Source: Klebsormidium nitens (Eukaryota > Plantae > Klebsormidiophyceae). From it: a DNA stretch of 64,000 nucleotides. The DNA is taken from NCBI GenBank assembly GCA_000708835.1, contig DF237331.1:1-64000 (forward strand), written 5' to 3'. Below are positions 24,561-36,207 of this stretch, in pieces. Positions within the stretch are counted from its first letter, which is position 1. Every line of letters begins with the position of its first letter. The position numbers and the translations under genes are program-made. The notes beneath the pieces were generated by a model that had not been told where the DNA came from, did no database searches, and saw only the letters and a program-made list of their open reading frames with translations.

Positions 24561-27500
24561 GAAACACTGCTTGTACGAACTCCCACGTGGAGTTTTCGAT
24601 TTACTAGCCGTCCTTTCGGGACGTACGAAATTCGTTTCATTGGGCAAACTTAGCTTGCGGCAGATTAAAAGGCGCGCGTACGTCGACGCGAGCTCGCTTT
24701 CGCCTTCTTCTGCCTACATTTTCTCCAGAAACAAAGGCAGATCAATGGGCTGACGTCTTCCTGACAAGTAGCTTGAGACTTCCAGGACATGCCTGATCGA
24801 ATCCTCAGGACCGGCGCTCGTGCCGATAAGCAGCTCTGACAAGCGCACTGGTCCCTTATGCGGCTAGATGCTTCCCTTTGACTTTGTACTCGACTTGAGT
24901 ATCCTCGCCTGGAAATGACCCACATGAATCGGCATCTGTAAGGTTAGGGAAAAGCCGTTGCTGCACATTTACTGTTGGCTCGCGAACTTCGATCCGTCAA
25001 CACCTCTGGTCATGGCGCGTTTACGACTTCGCCAAAGGTTGGTGATCTTCATTGCCGTTTTTATCAACTTAATCCGACCCAAGCAATTGCTCTCAAATAT
25101 TACGATTGAACGTCGATTTCATCAAGGGGACGGGTTGGTGGGCTATAGAACCAGTTTGATGAAGCTTAGCACCACAACAAGGAAGTCTCGTGTCTCGTAA
25201 ACCCCATGAAATTGCAACGGCAATCCGCTGTCTGTCAGTTCAGCTGGTTGCTTTTTTTTTTTAGCCCGATCAGGTGGCACATGTGCCAATTCGATTCAAT
25301 CGACAAGATGGAACTTAGAATTTGGGGCTCCTCCACAACTGCTTCTTACTGCAAAACACTGCGTCGCAGGGAGGTAACCAAAGATTGGTTGATATCTACC
25401 GCTCTCCCCAGCCGCAAAAACCCTCTGTGGAGTCGACGTTGTCATGACTTGGGCCAGAAACCCAACTTTATCAAGGGGTAGGCCGAATCGCGCTTGATTG
25501 AAAGAAAGCGCTGGATACACGGGCAATTGAGTTCGATACTAAAAGAAGATCAAACGAAGGGACTATCGGAATTAGGAGTGTACCATAACAACTGACCAAT
25601 TGTGGCTCAGGATTTGAATAGGAGGAAAACTGGTGCCGGTCAAGGCACCAATCTCACGTCCTCTTCGCCAGATCCCTTAATCTCCACAACATCATCCTCC
25701 GGATGTGATGGAATTCACTGGATTCAACTTTGAATGAAACTATCAAAAGCCGGCCAGTGCTCGCGGGCACCGTGTAACTGCGACTACCGACTAAACTGGT
25801 TCAACAGCACGTCTTTTGCAGCCGACCTGAAGTTACTGCAAGGCCATATGACAGAGTCCTTACACGTACATGCCAGGTTTTGTATTATCCTAAGACCGGA
25901 AACAGAAGGCAAAAAGGGATATCGTCAATGCTCGAAGGCATGTGGCACGCACGAATGCAGAGGATGTTCAACCGTTGCCAGAAACAGGTGTAAAGACCGT
26001 TGCAGTGGGCTCCTCGCCTCGCTCAAATCTGGAGGAGTATTTCTGATTTTTCGCCTCATCCCTTAATTTTCTCCAGGCATAATTTTCACAACTAGCTTCA
26101 CGGATTGACCAAAGACTTGTCCATTGCGCCCTTGAATCCGCCACATAACCTCTACCAGACCCGGAGGTACGATATGCAACGGAGTCGAAATTGATACACT
26201 CAATCGCCCCTAATCAGAGATTGAAATGTCTCATGCATTCCGATTCGTCACCAAACGACATGAAAAGAGAGGAACCAGGATCTGGATTGGGGGACAAGAT
26301 AACAAGGCGTCAATGACGTGACGCGTCTACGTACGTCCTCTGCATTTCTTTATTGCCAGTCGAGTTGACGAAATACAAGCTAGACTGTCGGATCCGAACA
26401 TTCTGAGTCGAACCTTACCCTAATGTGCGTTAACGGTCCTCGTCTTTCGTGACAAGCGATGTAAGCGTCCAAGACCGAAGCCTTTTCAGAGAGATGTACC
26501 GGGCGACAGATCGACCCGCGGAAATTACCGGTAAATCAACCTCAAAAGAGCGATATGAGTGAGATGTACGCCAGAGGACAGAAGCTTGGACGGCAGATTA
26601 CGGCGGCTCAGAATGAAATCAAGACCTGGCACAACCAAGGGCGCCATACTGTCTTCCTGGCCTTGAACTTTACTGAATCCCAAGCGGACTTTAGAGATCC
26701 CTTTTTGACAAAACCTCATATCAAACCATTGAAAGCTACCGCATCGGAAAGGTCCGAGGAATCAGGCATAGCTGGCCGTGCGGGTAAAGAAAGCCGCGCG
26801 CTTGTTGCGAGCCGCCTTTCGGGCTAAGCTTCCTTGTCCTAAAACCTTTGGCGAATACGACCAAAGTGGGCGGCCGGATCCTTGATGGTTTAGAAGCTTT
26901 TTAGTCCTACCTTGAAACTCGACGAACTAGTCTCCCAGATAGATATGATCGTGACGGAACGTCTCGTGTTCGTCACGAGGCGGCAGCTAGCTCAAGAAGT
27001 AGGAGAGATTGGCTATCCTGACGCGTGTAAGTTGAGGGCGCCAGTCCTGGATACTCTCCTTGCCTGGACGAAAATCCGAAATCCGTTTTTGGACCAACTT
27101 AACGGATGCTTGGCTTGTTTTTGCCTTCCAAACATTCGTTCAAGGTCGAAACACCTAGCTTTAGAATTCAAAGCAACGTGAGCATTCTCCGTGTGAGAAC
27201 TGAGGCCCAGATGTTGACGAAAGGCTCGTTAGTAGCCATTATAAACGACTCCATGCGGAAAAAACGCGTGATTGATCCGAATCTGGCTCCTTCTAGGAGA
27301 GTGACTTTTGCATGAGGCATTAGGGAGCACTTTAGTTGGCCGCAGTTATTTGTGGAGCCAGCGCCGTCGAGTCGAGCAGCCCTTCCTTGCCATCTCAGCT
27401 GAGATGTTTTACGAGATGCTTCGGTTTCGTGGAAGGCACTTTCAAACCTCGAAGGCAGGGACTGGCGATTACGAAGTCCACAGCCCTTATGCGTCTGCGC

Positions 27501-29028
27501 TCAAGCAAGAGACCATACCGGTTTCCGGTTTACTAGCATCTCAATACGTGCCGAGGCGATTGTTACGATCTGGTGATGTATGCACGTGCGCAAACATTAC
27601 TGGAGAGCATACGTTTTTTATGGGCTCGAGAATGAGAAAGGGCGGAAGATCTCGTGCAAGACGTACGAGGACTCTTATATGCAGCTCATACGAGGTCGAC
27701 AATGATCAGTGGGGCATGAGTGACGGATTTTCGCCCTCACATGCGCCGTCCGGTTGTTAGCACCACAACCTTAAGCTTCCGGTTCTAGGCTTGATACCAG
27801 AGGAGCCCACCTTTGGGATGACATAACCCGAATTCCAGCAGGCCCCAGCCTTAGATTCTTTTCCGGTACCGATTCTCCTAAAGTATGAAGCGCGCGCGAT
27901 GGGCTTAATCTCCCGACTCTGTCGCGTCTGCCTACAGCAGCGCCATCAGACTGTCCAATCGACTAAACGAGCGGTCCAAAAAGCCGGTTCTCGTTTCACT
28001 TCATGTGAAGCTTCAAATCAGCTTGAAAACTGATTCGAGTGGCTTGTCCTCAATCAAGCACGAAAGACTAGCGCTTGCGTATCTATGTCACGAAGCGACT
28101 GAACGTGGGGTTGACAATTACTGTGTATCGCAAATTAAGGGATTCAAGAAGCAGTCGCTCTAGGCTAGTGCCCTTCAAATCGATGTCTTGTCCTTTGATC
28201 AGGCAGACCTCACGTTACCCCCGCCTAATTGCTAGAACAAAGCAATTACTTTAAACGACAACCGCAAGCTCGGGCCGGGCGGAGAGAAAATTTCGAAAAC
28301 CGTATTTGACCAACTAAAGGATGGCTAGCCTGAAATCTGCTTTGGAGGTCATCGTGTCATGCATGATATATTCTGGTACGAAGCGGCTTGATGTATGAGA
28401 ACTTGAAGGTGCCCAAAGCAAAGGGTACACTCAGAAAAACTACCTTTTGTGATCTGAGGAGCGACTCGGACAAGAAAAAAACTTCGACCAAAGGTAGAAA
28501 CGCAGACCGGGCGCAAACGACATATCGTGGCTCAGACGACAGGACCCAAGGTCAGTGATGCGGCTCATAAGGCACCACTTTGGCGTCCTCCTGGCTTAAA
28601 TTCTATCTGAAGGTTACATTGAACCACTTCTTGGCCTACTGAAGAACCCCATGATAGTCTACTCATTAGGCTAGTTGAGCGCGCGGGCGGCTTGTCGAAT
28701 GAAGTGGCTCCATCCGAAAAACAAAGCCGTGATTGCTCAGAATGTCCTTCCAAGATTGTGACATGTGTAGCATCAGTGCGCTAGCGAGCCATTGAGGTGG
28801 CCGTAGTGGCCTGTGGGGCCAATATGGCTACCCGTCGAGTTGAGCAGCCCTCCTTGCCATCTCAACTGACAATTTTCACGAGATGCTTTTGTTTCTTGGA
28901 AGACCACTCATGAAATCTAAAAAGCTAGTAGTACTGGCGATCACGAATATCACAGTCGGGCCTTCGTAAAACCGAGAGACCATTTTTAAATAGCAATATT
29001 GATCAGCGCCTTCAGTACGTGCCACTTT

Positions 29029-29349
29029 TGTTAGAATTGGGGTAGCAATTCTGGTCAATCGAATAACCAAGTGGTTGAGGAATCAACGGTCAAAGATACG
29101 AGTGATGAACGGCTGAGATTTAGGCGGGAAACGTTGTTGATCAGGAAAGCTGAACGGTCCAGATTGAGTATGCAGATAGAGTGTAAGACTCTATAAAGAC
29201 AGAGCAGATCGAACATGATTGTAATCAACATAACAGAGAAGCATGATAGAGAAGAGAAGGCGCCTGTGAAAGGCGCTCGTGTCATTGTGTCGTGTGCAGT
29301 ATGTGAATGTCCATCAAGTGTAACGATGCAATACGCCGATTTTCCAACA
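29029..29349 (+). repeat. 5' LTR of outer element (321 bp, TG...CA)
   Basis: tgttagaattgg...tttccaaca, followed directly by the PBS. Confidence 0.9.
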
Positions 29350-29363
29350 GGTTATGGGCCCAC
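29350..29363 (+). promoter_or_regulatory. Primer-binding site, outer element (internal tRNA-iMet type)
   Basis: ggttatgggcccac is complementary to the anticodon-arm region (GTGGGCCCATAACC) of plant tRNA-iMet. Confidence 0.8.
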
Positions 29364-29476
29364 GCCACGAGGTGAAGGCGCGGCTTGATGGACATGAGGT
29401 GAAGAGGGAGTGAAGAATGGTCTGCTGAAGAGAAGAAGAGGAGCTCAAGAAGAAGAGCTCGAATGAAGCTGAAAAG

Positions 29477-29716
29477 ATGGCGGCGATTGAGAGGATCTCA
29501 ATTCCGCAGCTGGGGACTGAAATTGGCCTGTGTTCAAGGACAAGTTTCTGGCGTTGCTAGTGTACAAAGGGCTGGCAGTGGCAATTGAACAGCCTGATTC
29601 AGCAGAAGGGAAGAAAGCGAATGATCAAGCTAGAGCGTTGATCACTCTCTATATCCAAGATGCGCATGTGAGATTGATCAAAGGAGAAAAGTCTGCTGCA
29701 AGAGCATGGGAAAAGC
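29477..29716 (+). pseudogene. gag: 5' part of outer gag ORF (1-bp frameshift at ~29520; cut by the nested element)
   Basis: MAAIERISIPQLGTE / (N)WPVFKDKFLALLVYKGLAVAIEQPD...ARAWEK. One A is missing in act-gaa-(a)at-tgg. Joins in frame to 34695 when the inner element and one TSD are removed. Confidence 0.8.
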
Positions 29717-29980
29717 TGTTAGAATATCGCACGTCTAGTTGACGGTTGACAGGCTAATAGACTTCGTACCGTACGATATCGAGTATGGTAACTTCGACCG
29801 TAGATATGACAAGTCGTAGAATTGCCTCGTAGGCTAAGACGCTGTGAGGATGACTCGCGAAATTCATTCCTAGTGATTCCTTCCTGACGCATGAGCGCCT
29901 TCCTCTCATCTCAGCATGTTAATGGTGTCCTGCCATCCTGTCTCTGCATAGCTGCATGTCCTGAAAGCATTCTGCTAACA
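29717..29980 (+). repeat. 5' LTR of inner element (264 bp)
   Basis: tgttagaatatcgc...ctgctaaca. Confidence 0.95.
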
Positions 29981-29998
29981 GGTTATGGGCCTCACCAC
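29981..29998 (+). promoter_or_regulatory. Primer-binding site, inner element (internal tRNA-iMet type)
   Basis: ggttatgggcc(t)caccac abuts the LTR; matches the complement of plant tRNA-iMet GTGGTGGGCCCATAACC with one extra base. Confidence 0.75.
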
Positions 29999-30362
29999 TA
30001 GCACTACCGTTAGTGGACAGAGTTAGCTCAGAATGAAGCTGATCAGTTCTTTTGCCATTCTAGGAGGTTTGTTGGGGGGCGATCTGCTACAGCAAGTGCC
30101 AGCGAGCAGCTGTATTGTCTTGCGACGATCGGTTTGCCTAAGGGTGATCCGTGAGCTTGGCAACACCTGAGAAGCCCTGTACAGGGGGAATCAGGTGGCA
30201 GTGGAAAGCCTTGGGAAATTCCCCACTATCTCCTAGCTCTCCCCGGGGGGAGCGTGGCAAGATCAGCTAACCTGAGCATCCCGCAGCTATAGAAGCAGTG
30301 TACAGCCTCAAGCAAGCAATCACAGCAGATTGAGCTTTGAGGGATTTTCGAAGAAGAAGATC

Positions 30363-33300
30363 ATGGCTGAGACTACTGAGAAGATCTCCATCGAGAAGCT
30401 AAAAGGAGCAGAGAACTACCAGACTTGGAAGATCCTGATCGAATTGCTTCTGACGGAGAAAGGCCTCAAGAGATGCGTGGAAGAAGAGAAAAGATCAGCC
30501 ACAGAATTGGCTGCCAGAACTGAAGCGGTCAAGACCAAGGAAGCAGAAGATCAAGCAAAGGCTTTAGCTGCAATTGGTCTGAGAGTCTCATCAGAGTTTC
30601 TTGGTGTGATCACAGATGCGCAAGGTTCAGCAAGAGCTGCGTGGGAACAGTTCCAAAAGATGTTTCAGTCTGTGACTAACGCCAGGAAGATGATGCTCAG
30701 AGAAAGACTTGCTTCTTTGAAGATGGAATCTGGAGAGTCTGCTGCCAAATACATTGCAAGAGCAAAGGATCTAAAAAGAGACCTTCTGCAGGCAGGCTTG
30801 GAAGCCAAGGAGGTGGATCTCGCTGCAGCTTGCGGACTCTCAAGATCCTACAGAGAGATCAGAATGGCCTTGGAATTGTCTGAAAGAGAAATCTCTCTAG
30901 ATGACATGTTGCCTCTGTTGCTCCAGCACGAAGCACGAATCGAAAGAGACGAAGAGACTGATCAAGCAGAATCGTCGAATTCGATGGCTTTCGCGAGCAG
31001 AAATCAGAAGCAAGGCAAGGCGAAGTTCCAGAACAGGAACTCTGACTCCACAGTCTGCTGGGAATGTGGCAAGGAAGGACACAGAAGATCTCAGTGTGAC
31101 AAGAATCCAGACAAAGGGAAGAAGTGCTCCAAGTGTGGAATGAAAGGCCATACAGAAAGAGACTGCAGGACAAGAAACTTCAGAAAGAAGAATGGATCTG
31201 GAGAAGACAAAGGAATGCAAAAGTCTATGGCCTTCGCCACTCCTCCTGGAAAAGACCTCTCAAAAGACTGGATTCTTGACTCTGGTGCAAGTACGCACAT
31301 CTGTTGCAACAAGGAGATGTTCTCAGAGCTGAGATCAGATGCAAACGGAGAAGTTCAAGAAATCAAAGGAGTTGGGGATTCAGTCAGAGTGAAAGGAATT
31401 GGGAGAATTCCTCTTCTCTGTGAGGTTTCAGGAGGAAAGCTGACTGAAGTGTATCTCGAAGATGTGAGATACGTGCCAGAAGCAGGAGTAAATCTGGCCT
31501 CAATGAGCAAGTTTCTGGGAAAAGGAGCAAAGCTGGGGAGTGACGGAGTGATGTTGAATCTGAGCATAGCAGGGGAAAAGTTTCTGGAAGCGGTTTGCTG
31601 CAAAGGAGTCTCGGTGATCTGCACCAAGGACAGGGAAGAAGTGGCGTTCGCCAGCAGACAGGTGGCTGAGGCGCGCCTTTGGCACAGGCGCCTTGGACAT
31701 GCAAGTTGCGACGCACTGGCCAAAATGTCCCAAGAGACCCTGGTGGAAGGCCTCCCCCCTCCTCAAGCCTTCCGAAAAGCCGGAGAATCCCTGTGCGAAG
31801 ATTGCATCCTCGGAAAGCAAACCAGGAAGCCGTTCCATCCCAGTGACCGAAAGAGCGAAGGGCCTCTTGAGCTCATTCACTCAGACTTGTGCGGCTCAGT
31901 TCCCTGCAAGACAGCCGGCGGAGCCAAGTACGTCGTCACTTTCACTGACGACTACAGTCGATGCAGTGTCATTCAACTGCTGAAGACGAAGGACCAGGCA
32001 AAGCAAGCTCTCCGTGCTTACGTCAATTTGGTCGAGAACCAGCTGGGAAAGAAAGTGAAGAAGATTCAGAGCGATCGAGGTGGGGAATACTGGAACGGAG
32101 AAGTGAAAGACTACTGTGCTGAAACTGGCATCTTTCACCAGAAGACAAATCCTTTCTCCAGTCCAGAAAACGGGGTCGCCGAGAAGCTGAATCGAACTCT
32201 CATGGACAAGTCAAGAGCGATGCTTTCCGAGAGCGAACTGGAGCTGAAGTGGTGGGGCGAGGCGATCCTGACGGCGAACTACGTGAAGAACAGAACGGTG
32301 ACCAAGAAACACGGAAAGACCCCCCTGGAGCTGTTCTTCGGGAAAAAGCCAAGTGTTCAAAACCTCCGAGTCTTCGGTTGCCGCGCCTTTGTCCACACCC
32401 CAGCTCAGAAAAGGACGAAGCTCGACCCAGTCTCAAAGCCCGGGGTTTTCCTGGGGTACGAACCCGGAACGAAGGGGTACCGAATCCTGCTGACGTCAGA
32501 TCTACGAACGATCGTCATCAGCAAGGATGTTACCTTCGACGAGCGGGAGAAGGAGGAGAGCGACCTCTGGGAATTCGAAGTTCCGCTGACGGCCTCTCCA
32601 ACCCCGTCAGAGCCGGCAGCTGCAGAGCCCGAGGGAGAGAAGGAAGCGGAAATCCGAACTCCAGGGAGAGTGGAACCGGGGAGAGCGGAACCGGAAGAGC
32701 GGAACGAAGCGACGGAACTCCCAGAAGCGGAAACCAGGGCGGAACCGGAACCGGTCAGAAGCGCGCGCGTCAGAAAGCCCAGCCAGTGGTACAACCCCGA
32801 CGACTGGTTAACGGCAAACGCGGCGAAGGAAACGGAAGAACCGGTCGAACCAAAGTCCCTGGGGGAAGCGCTCAACAGTCCTGAAGCGGAGCTCTGGCGA
32901 AAGGCAATGGACGAAGAGTTCGGGAGTCTTCAGGAGAACCAGACGTGGGAACTCGCTGAGCCGCCCTCCGGAGTGAAACCCATCCCCTGCAAGTGGGCCT
33001 TCAAGTTGAAGCGAGACGAGAACGGGCAGATCAACCGGTACAAGGCAAGACTGGTGATCAAGGGTTTCCGGCAGAAGAAGGGAGTCGACTTTGAAGAAGT
33101 CTTTGCCCCCGTGAGCCGGCATGTGACTCTTCGGACCCTTCTGGCAGTTGCAGCGGTGGAAGACCTGGAGGTGGATCAACTGGACATCAAAACGGCCTTC
33201 CTAAACGGGGAACTCGACGAAGAAATCTGGATGGAGCAGCCAGAGCTCTTCCAGACCGGCGGACCGAAGCTGGCCTGTCGCCTCAAAAAGTCCCTGTACG

Positions 33301-34376
33301 GTCTCAAGCAGGCTCCACGTGTCTGGTACTTGAAGCTGGCCAAGGAGATGGAAGGTCTGGGGTTTGAGCCTTCGGCGGCGGATCCAGCTCTGTTCATCCG
33401 GGAGAGCGAGAGCGACGGAAGAGCGTTTGTGGCGGTCTGGGTGGACGACGCGCTGGTAGTCGGGAAGAAGTCGGTGGTCGGAAACGTCAAGGCGGCGCTC
33501 GCGCGGATCTTCGAAGTGAGAGACTTGAGGCCGGTGAACTACTTTCTCGGAATGGAAGTGAAGCGCGATCGGGAGAATCGGACAGTAACCCTGACTCAGA
33601 AGCGGGCGGCAAAGGACCTGCTCGAAGACTACGGAATGAGCGCGACGCGGCCGCGAGGCGTCCCGCTAAACCCTGGCGAAAAGGTGCAGAAGGAGGGAGA
33701 GGCTTTAGACACGGAGCGGTGTCCCTTCCCGAGCCTGGTCGGCAGCCTCATGTACCTAGCCAACTGCACAAGACCGGACCTGGCCCAAGCGACGGCGTCC
33801 CTGGCGAGATTCATGAGCTGTCCCACGGAAAACCACTGGCGTTTGGCGAAAGGCGTCCTGAGCTACTTAGCCGGAACCACGGATCAGGGGTTAACCTTCG
33901 GAGAGGGGCCTTTAGAGTTCTCGGGGTTCTGTGACGCTAACCACGGGGGCGACCTGGATACCCGGCGCAGCACGACCGGTTATGTCTTCGTGTTTGGCGG
34001 CGCGGCAGTGAGCTGGTCAAGCAAGTTACAGCAGACCGTAGCGTTCAGCACAGTTGAGGCGGAATACATGGCGGCCGCTCACGCGGCAAAAGAAGGACTC
34101 TGGATCCGGAAGCTTGCGGTGCACCTGGGGATCAAGTGCGGACAGTTGCTGATCCAGAGCGACAACCAAGGGGCCTTGCAGCTCATCAAACACCCCATCA
34201 CATCCCAGCGCTCAAAGCACATAGACATCACCCATCACTTTGTGCGCGAGCGTGTCATCCGGAAGGAGCTCAAGTTCGACTACTGCCCGACCAAGAAGAT
34301 GCCAGCCGACTTCCTGACCAAGCCTTTGAACCAGCAAAAGTTCGAGGAGTGTAAGAAGAGAGTCGGCATGACATAA
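30363..34376 (+). CDS. gag-pol: Ty1/copia Gag-Pol polyprotein (1337 aa from first ATG)
   Basis: Zinc knuckles CWECGKEGHRRSQC and CSKCGMKGHTERDC; protease WILDSGAS; LWHRRLGH + CEDC; integrase HSDLCG...TDD...SDRGGEY...ENGVAE; RT YKARLVIKG, LDIKTAFLNG, SLYGLKQAPR, WVDD; RNase H CDANHGGD, EAEY, SDNQGA, ADFLTK. Confidence 0.97.
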   Translation: MAETTEKISIEKLKGAENYQTWKILIELLLTEKGLKRCVEEEKRSATELAARTEAVKTKEAEDQAKALAAIGLRVSSEFLGVITDAQGSARAAWEQFQKMFQSVTNARKMMLRERLASLKMESGESAAKYIARAKDLKRDLLQAGLEAKEVDLAAACGLSRSYREIRMALELSEREISLDDMLPLLLQHEARIERDEETDQAESSNSMAFASRNQKQGKAKFQNRNSDSTVCWECGKEGHRRSQCDKNPDKGKKCSKCGMKGHTERDCRTRNFRKKNGSGEDKGMQKSMAFATPPGKDLSKDWILDSGASTHICCNKEMFSELRSDANGEVQEIKGVGDSVRVKGIGRIPLLCEVSGGKLTEVYLEDVRYVPEAGVNLASMSKFLGKGAKLGSDGVMLNLSIAGEKFLEAVCCKGVSVICTKDREEVAFASRQVAEARLWHRRLGHASCDALAKMSQETLVEGLPPPQAFRKAGESLCEDCILGKQTRKPFHPSDRKSEGPLELIHSDLCGSVPCKTAGGAKYVVTFTDDYSRCSVIQLLKTKDQAKQALRAYVNLVENQLGKKVKKIQSDRGGEYWNGEVKDYCAETGIFHQKTNPFSSPENGVAEKLNRTLMDKSRAMLSESELELKWWGEAILTANYVKNRTVTKKHGKTPLELFFGKKPSVQNLRVFGCRAFVHTPAQKRTKLDPVSKPGVFLGYEPGTKGYRILLTSDLRTIVISKDVTFDEREKEESDLWEFEVPLTASPTPSEPAAAEPEGEKEAEIRTPGRVEPGRAEPEERNEATELPEAETRAEPEPVRSARVRKPSQWYNPDDWLTANAAKETEEPVEPKSLGEALNSPEAELWRKAMDEEFGSLQENQTWELAEPPSGVKPIPCKWAFKLKRDENGQINRYKARLVIKGFRQKKGVDFEEVFAPVSRHVTLRTLLAVAAVEDLEVDQLDIKTAFLNGELDEEIWMEQPELFQTGGPKLACRLKKSLYGLKQAPRVWYLKLAKEMEGLGFEPSAADPALFIRESESDGRAFVAVWVDDALVVGKKSVVGNVKAALARIFEVRDLRPVNYFLGMEVKRDRENRTVTLTQKRAAKDLLEDYGMSATRPRGVPLNPGEKVQKEGEALDTERCPFPSLVGSLMYLANCTRPDLAQATASLARFMSCPTENHWRLAKGVLSYLAGTTDQGLTFGEGPLEFSGFCDANHGGDLDTRRSTTGYVFVFGGAAVSWSSKLQQTVAFSTVEAEYMAAAHAAKEGLWIRKLAVHLGIKCGQLLIQSDNQGALQLIKHPITSQRSKHIDITHHFVRERVIRKELKFDYCPTKKMPADFLTKPLNQQKFEECKKRVGMT

Positions 34377-34416
34377 GAGAAGGTAGATAGATCAGGAAGG
34401 TAGAAGTCTATAGCCT

Positions 34417-34425
34417 GAGGGAGAG
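34417..34425 (+). promoter_or_regulatory. Polypurine tract, inner element
   Basis: gagggagag immediately before the 3' LTR. Confidence 0.75.
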
Positions 34426-34689
34426 TGTTAGAATATCGCACGTCTAGTTGACGGTTGACAGGCTAATAGACTTCGTACCGTACGATATCGAGTATGGTAA
34501 CTTCGACCGTAGATATGACAAGTCGTAGAATTGCCTCGTAGGCTAAGACGCTGTGAGGATGACTCGCGAAATTCATTCCTAGTGATTCCTTCCTGACGCA
34601 TGAGCGCCTTCCTCTCATCTCAGCATGTTAATGGTGTCCTGCCATCCTGTCTCTGCATAGCTGCATGTCCTGAAAGCATTCTGCTAACA
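34426..34689 (+). repeat. 3' LTR of inner element (264 bp)
   Basis: No difference from 29717-29980 seen by eye. Confidence 0.95.
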
Positions 34690-34694
34690 AAAGC

Positions 34695-36142
34695 TGCAGC
34701 AGAACTTCGAGAGGATTAGTAATACAAGGGTAATTCAGCTTAGAAAGAAGCTGACATGCATGAAGCTGAAGCCGAAGCAAGCGATCGTTGAGTACTTGGG
34801 AGAGTTCAGGGAGATCAAGCTGGACCTTGAACCAGCGAACCAGACAGTTGACGACATGGAGCTTGCCGTGCATGCATTGACAGGCCTTCCAAAGGAGTAT
34901 TCAAGTCTGGTGGAAATCTTGGAGAACGGAGAAATGGAGCTGAGCTTGGACAACATCCAGTCGAAGCTCGTGCAAAGAGAACAGAAGTTGAAAATGGAGG
35001 CCGAGATTGAGAGCAAGAGTTCAGAAGAAGAAGAAGAAGAAGAAAGAGACACATCAATGGCATTTTCAGCGCGAAGGTGGAACCATAGCAACTCAAGACC
35101 AGCGGAAAGAGGTCAGGATGCCAGAAGATGCTATTGCTGTGGGGAAGAGGGCCATATCAAGGCGAACTGCAGAATGAAAGATGCAGAGTGCCACAACTGT
35201 GGTGGGAGAGGACACATGAAAGTGGTCTGTAGAAAGCCTAAAAGGTCAGCTGGAGAGCAAGCCTTTTCTGGATTCTCGAGGACGCTAGCATTCAATGCTT
35301 GGGACAACGAAACAGCTAGGCAATCAGGTGCTTGGATAGTAGACTCAGGTAGCACGCAGCATGTTGCAGCAGATCGAAGTCAGTTCAAGCACTATAGAAA
35401 GTTGAGCAAGCCTGAAAGCATTGAAGGGATTGGAGGACAACAAGTTTTTGCAGTGGGAATAGGCTCAATAGAGTTGCTCTGTGAAACTCCTCAAGGCAAG
35501 ACGCTGGTGACATTGCAAGAAGTGCGTCATGTGCCAGAAGCAAAGGCAAATTTGCTGTCTGTGAGCAAGGCAACCGATGCAGGAGCAGAAGTGGTGATGA
35601 AAAAGGGAGTCTGCCAGATTGTGGTGGACAACGTGGTGCAGCTGCAGGCATTGCAACAGAATGGTCTGTGGAGAATCGAGACTGTGGGAGCTGAGCAGAA
35701 GTCATTCTTCACAAGGAGATCAATCAAAAGAGAGGACCGGGAGACAGTGCGGAAACAGGAGAAGACTGTCAAGGAGAAGAAGGAGGAAAAGAGGACGGTC
35801 AAAATGATTGAGGTGGACCTTGACGAGGAGAGTGAGGAAAATGAGGAGCGGAACGTGGAAAAGAGCGAGGAGGAGAAAGAAAAGGAAAAGGAACGGACCG
35901 GGGAAGTGTCCGTCAGTGAGGAGAAGGAGGAGACGAGCGAGAAGTCAGCCAAGGGAGCGGAAAGCGTGGAAGGAAAAACAGAAGAAACGAAGAGAAACGA
36001 GAGCGCAAGAGAACGTGTGCAAGAGACGAGAGACGAAGGGGACGGGCGCTACCCAGATCGGCAGAGGAGGAGTACAATCAAGTTTGGGGCGATCGGAGAT
36101 GGCTTTGTTTGGACCACGCCGAAGTCCAAGTACAAAAGGTAG
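34695..36142 (+). pseudogene. 3' part of outer gag-protease ORF with Glu/Lys/Arg-rich tail
   Basis: LQQNFERISNTRVIQLRKKL...; CYCCGEEGHIKANC; CHNCGGRGHMKVVC; WIVDSGSTQH; VRHVPEAKANLLSVS; then a charged tail to the stop at 36142. Open throughout. Confidence 0.85.
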
Positions 36143-36207
36143 CATGATGAAAAGAAAGGAAGTAGTCACATAAGAAGACAGTGAAGAGTTATTCGCTTGA
36201 GAGGAGG

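Larger units (their letters stand above)
29717..34689 (+). mobile_element. Intact, very young Ty1/copia LTR retrotransposon (4973 bp), nested in the outer element's gag
   Basis: 264-bp LTRs identical by eye; perfect 5-bp TSD AAAGC (29712-29716, 34690-34694); PBS; PPT; uninterrupted gag-pol ORF in copia order PR-IN-RT-RH. Confidence 0.97.

Noticed and set aside
25252-25262. T11 run as a possible retroposon tail
   Set aside because: No TSD, tRNA-like head or RT remnant identified.
33439-33450. RT catalytic motif WVDD instead of YVDD
   Set aside because: Catalytic aspartates are intact; one aromatic substitution is not enough to claim novelty or inactivation.
30859-36173. Numerous antisense and alternate-frame ORFs inside the retroelements
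   Set aside because: Explained by codon and purine bias of gag-pol and the LTR duplication.
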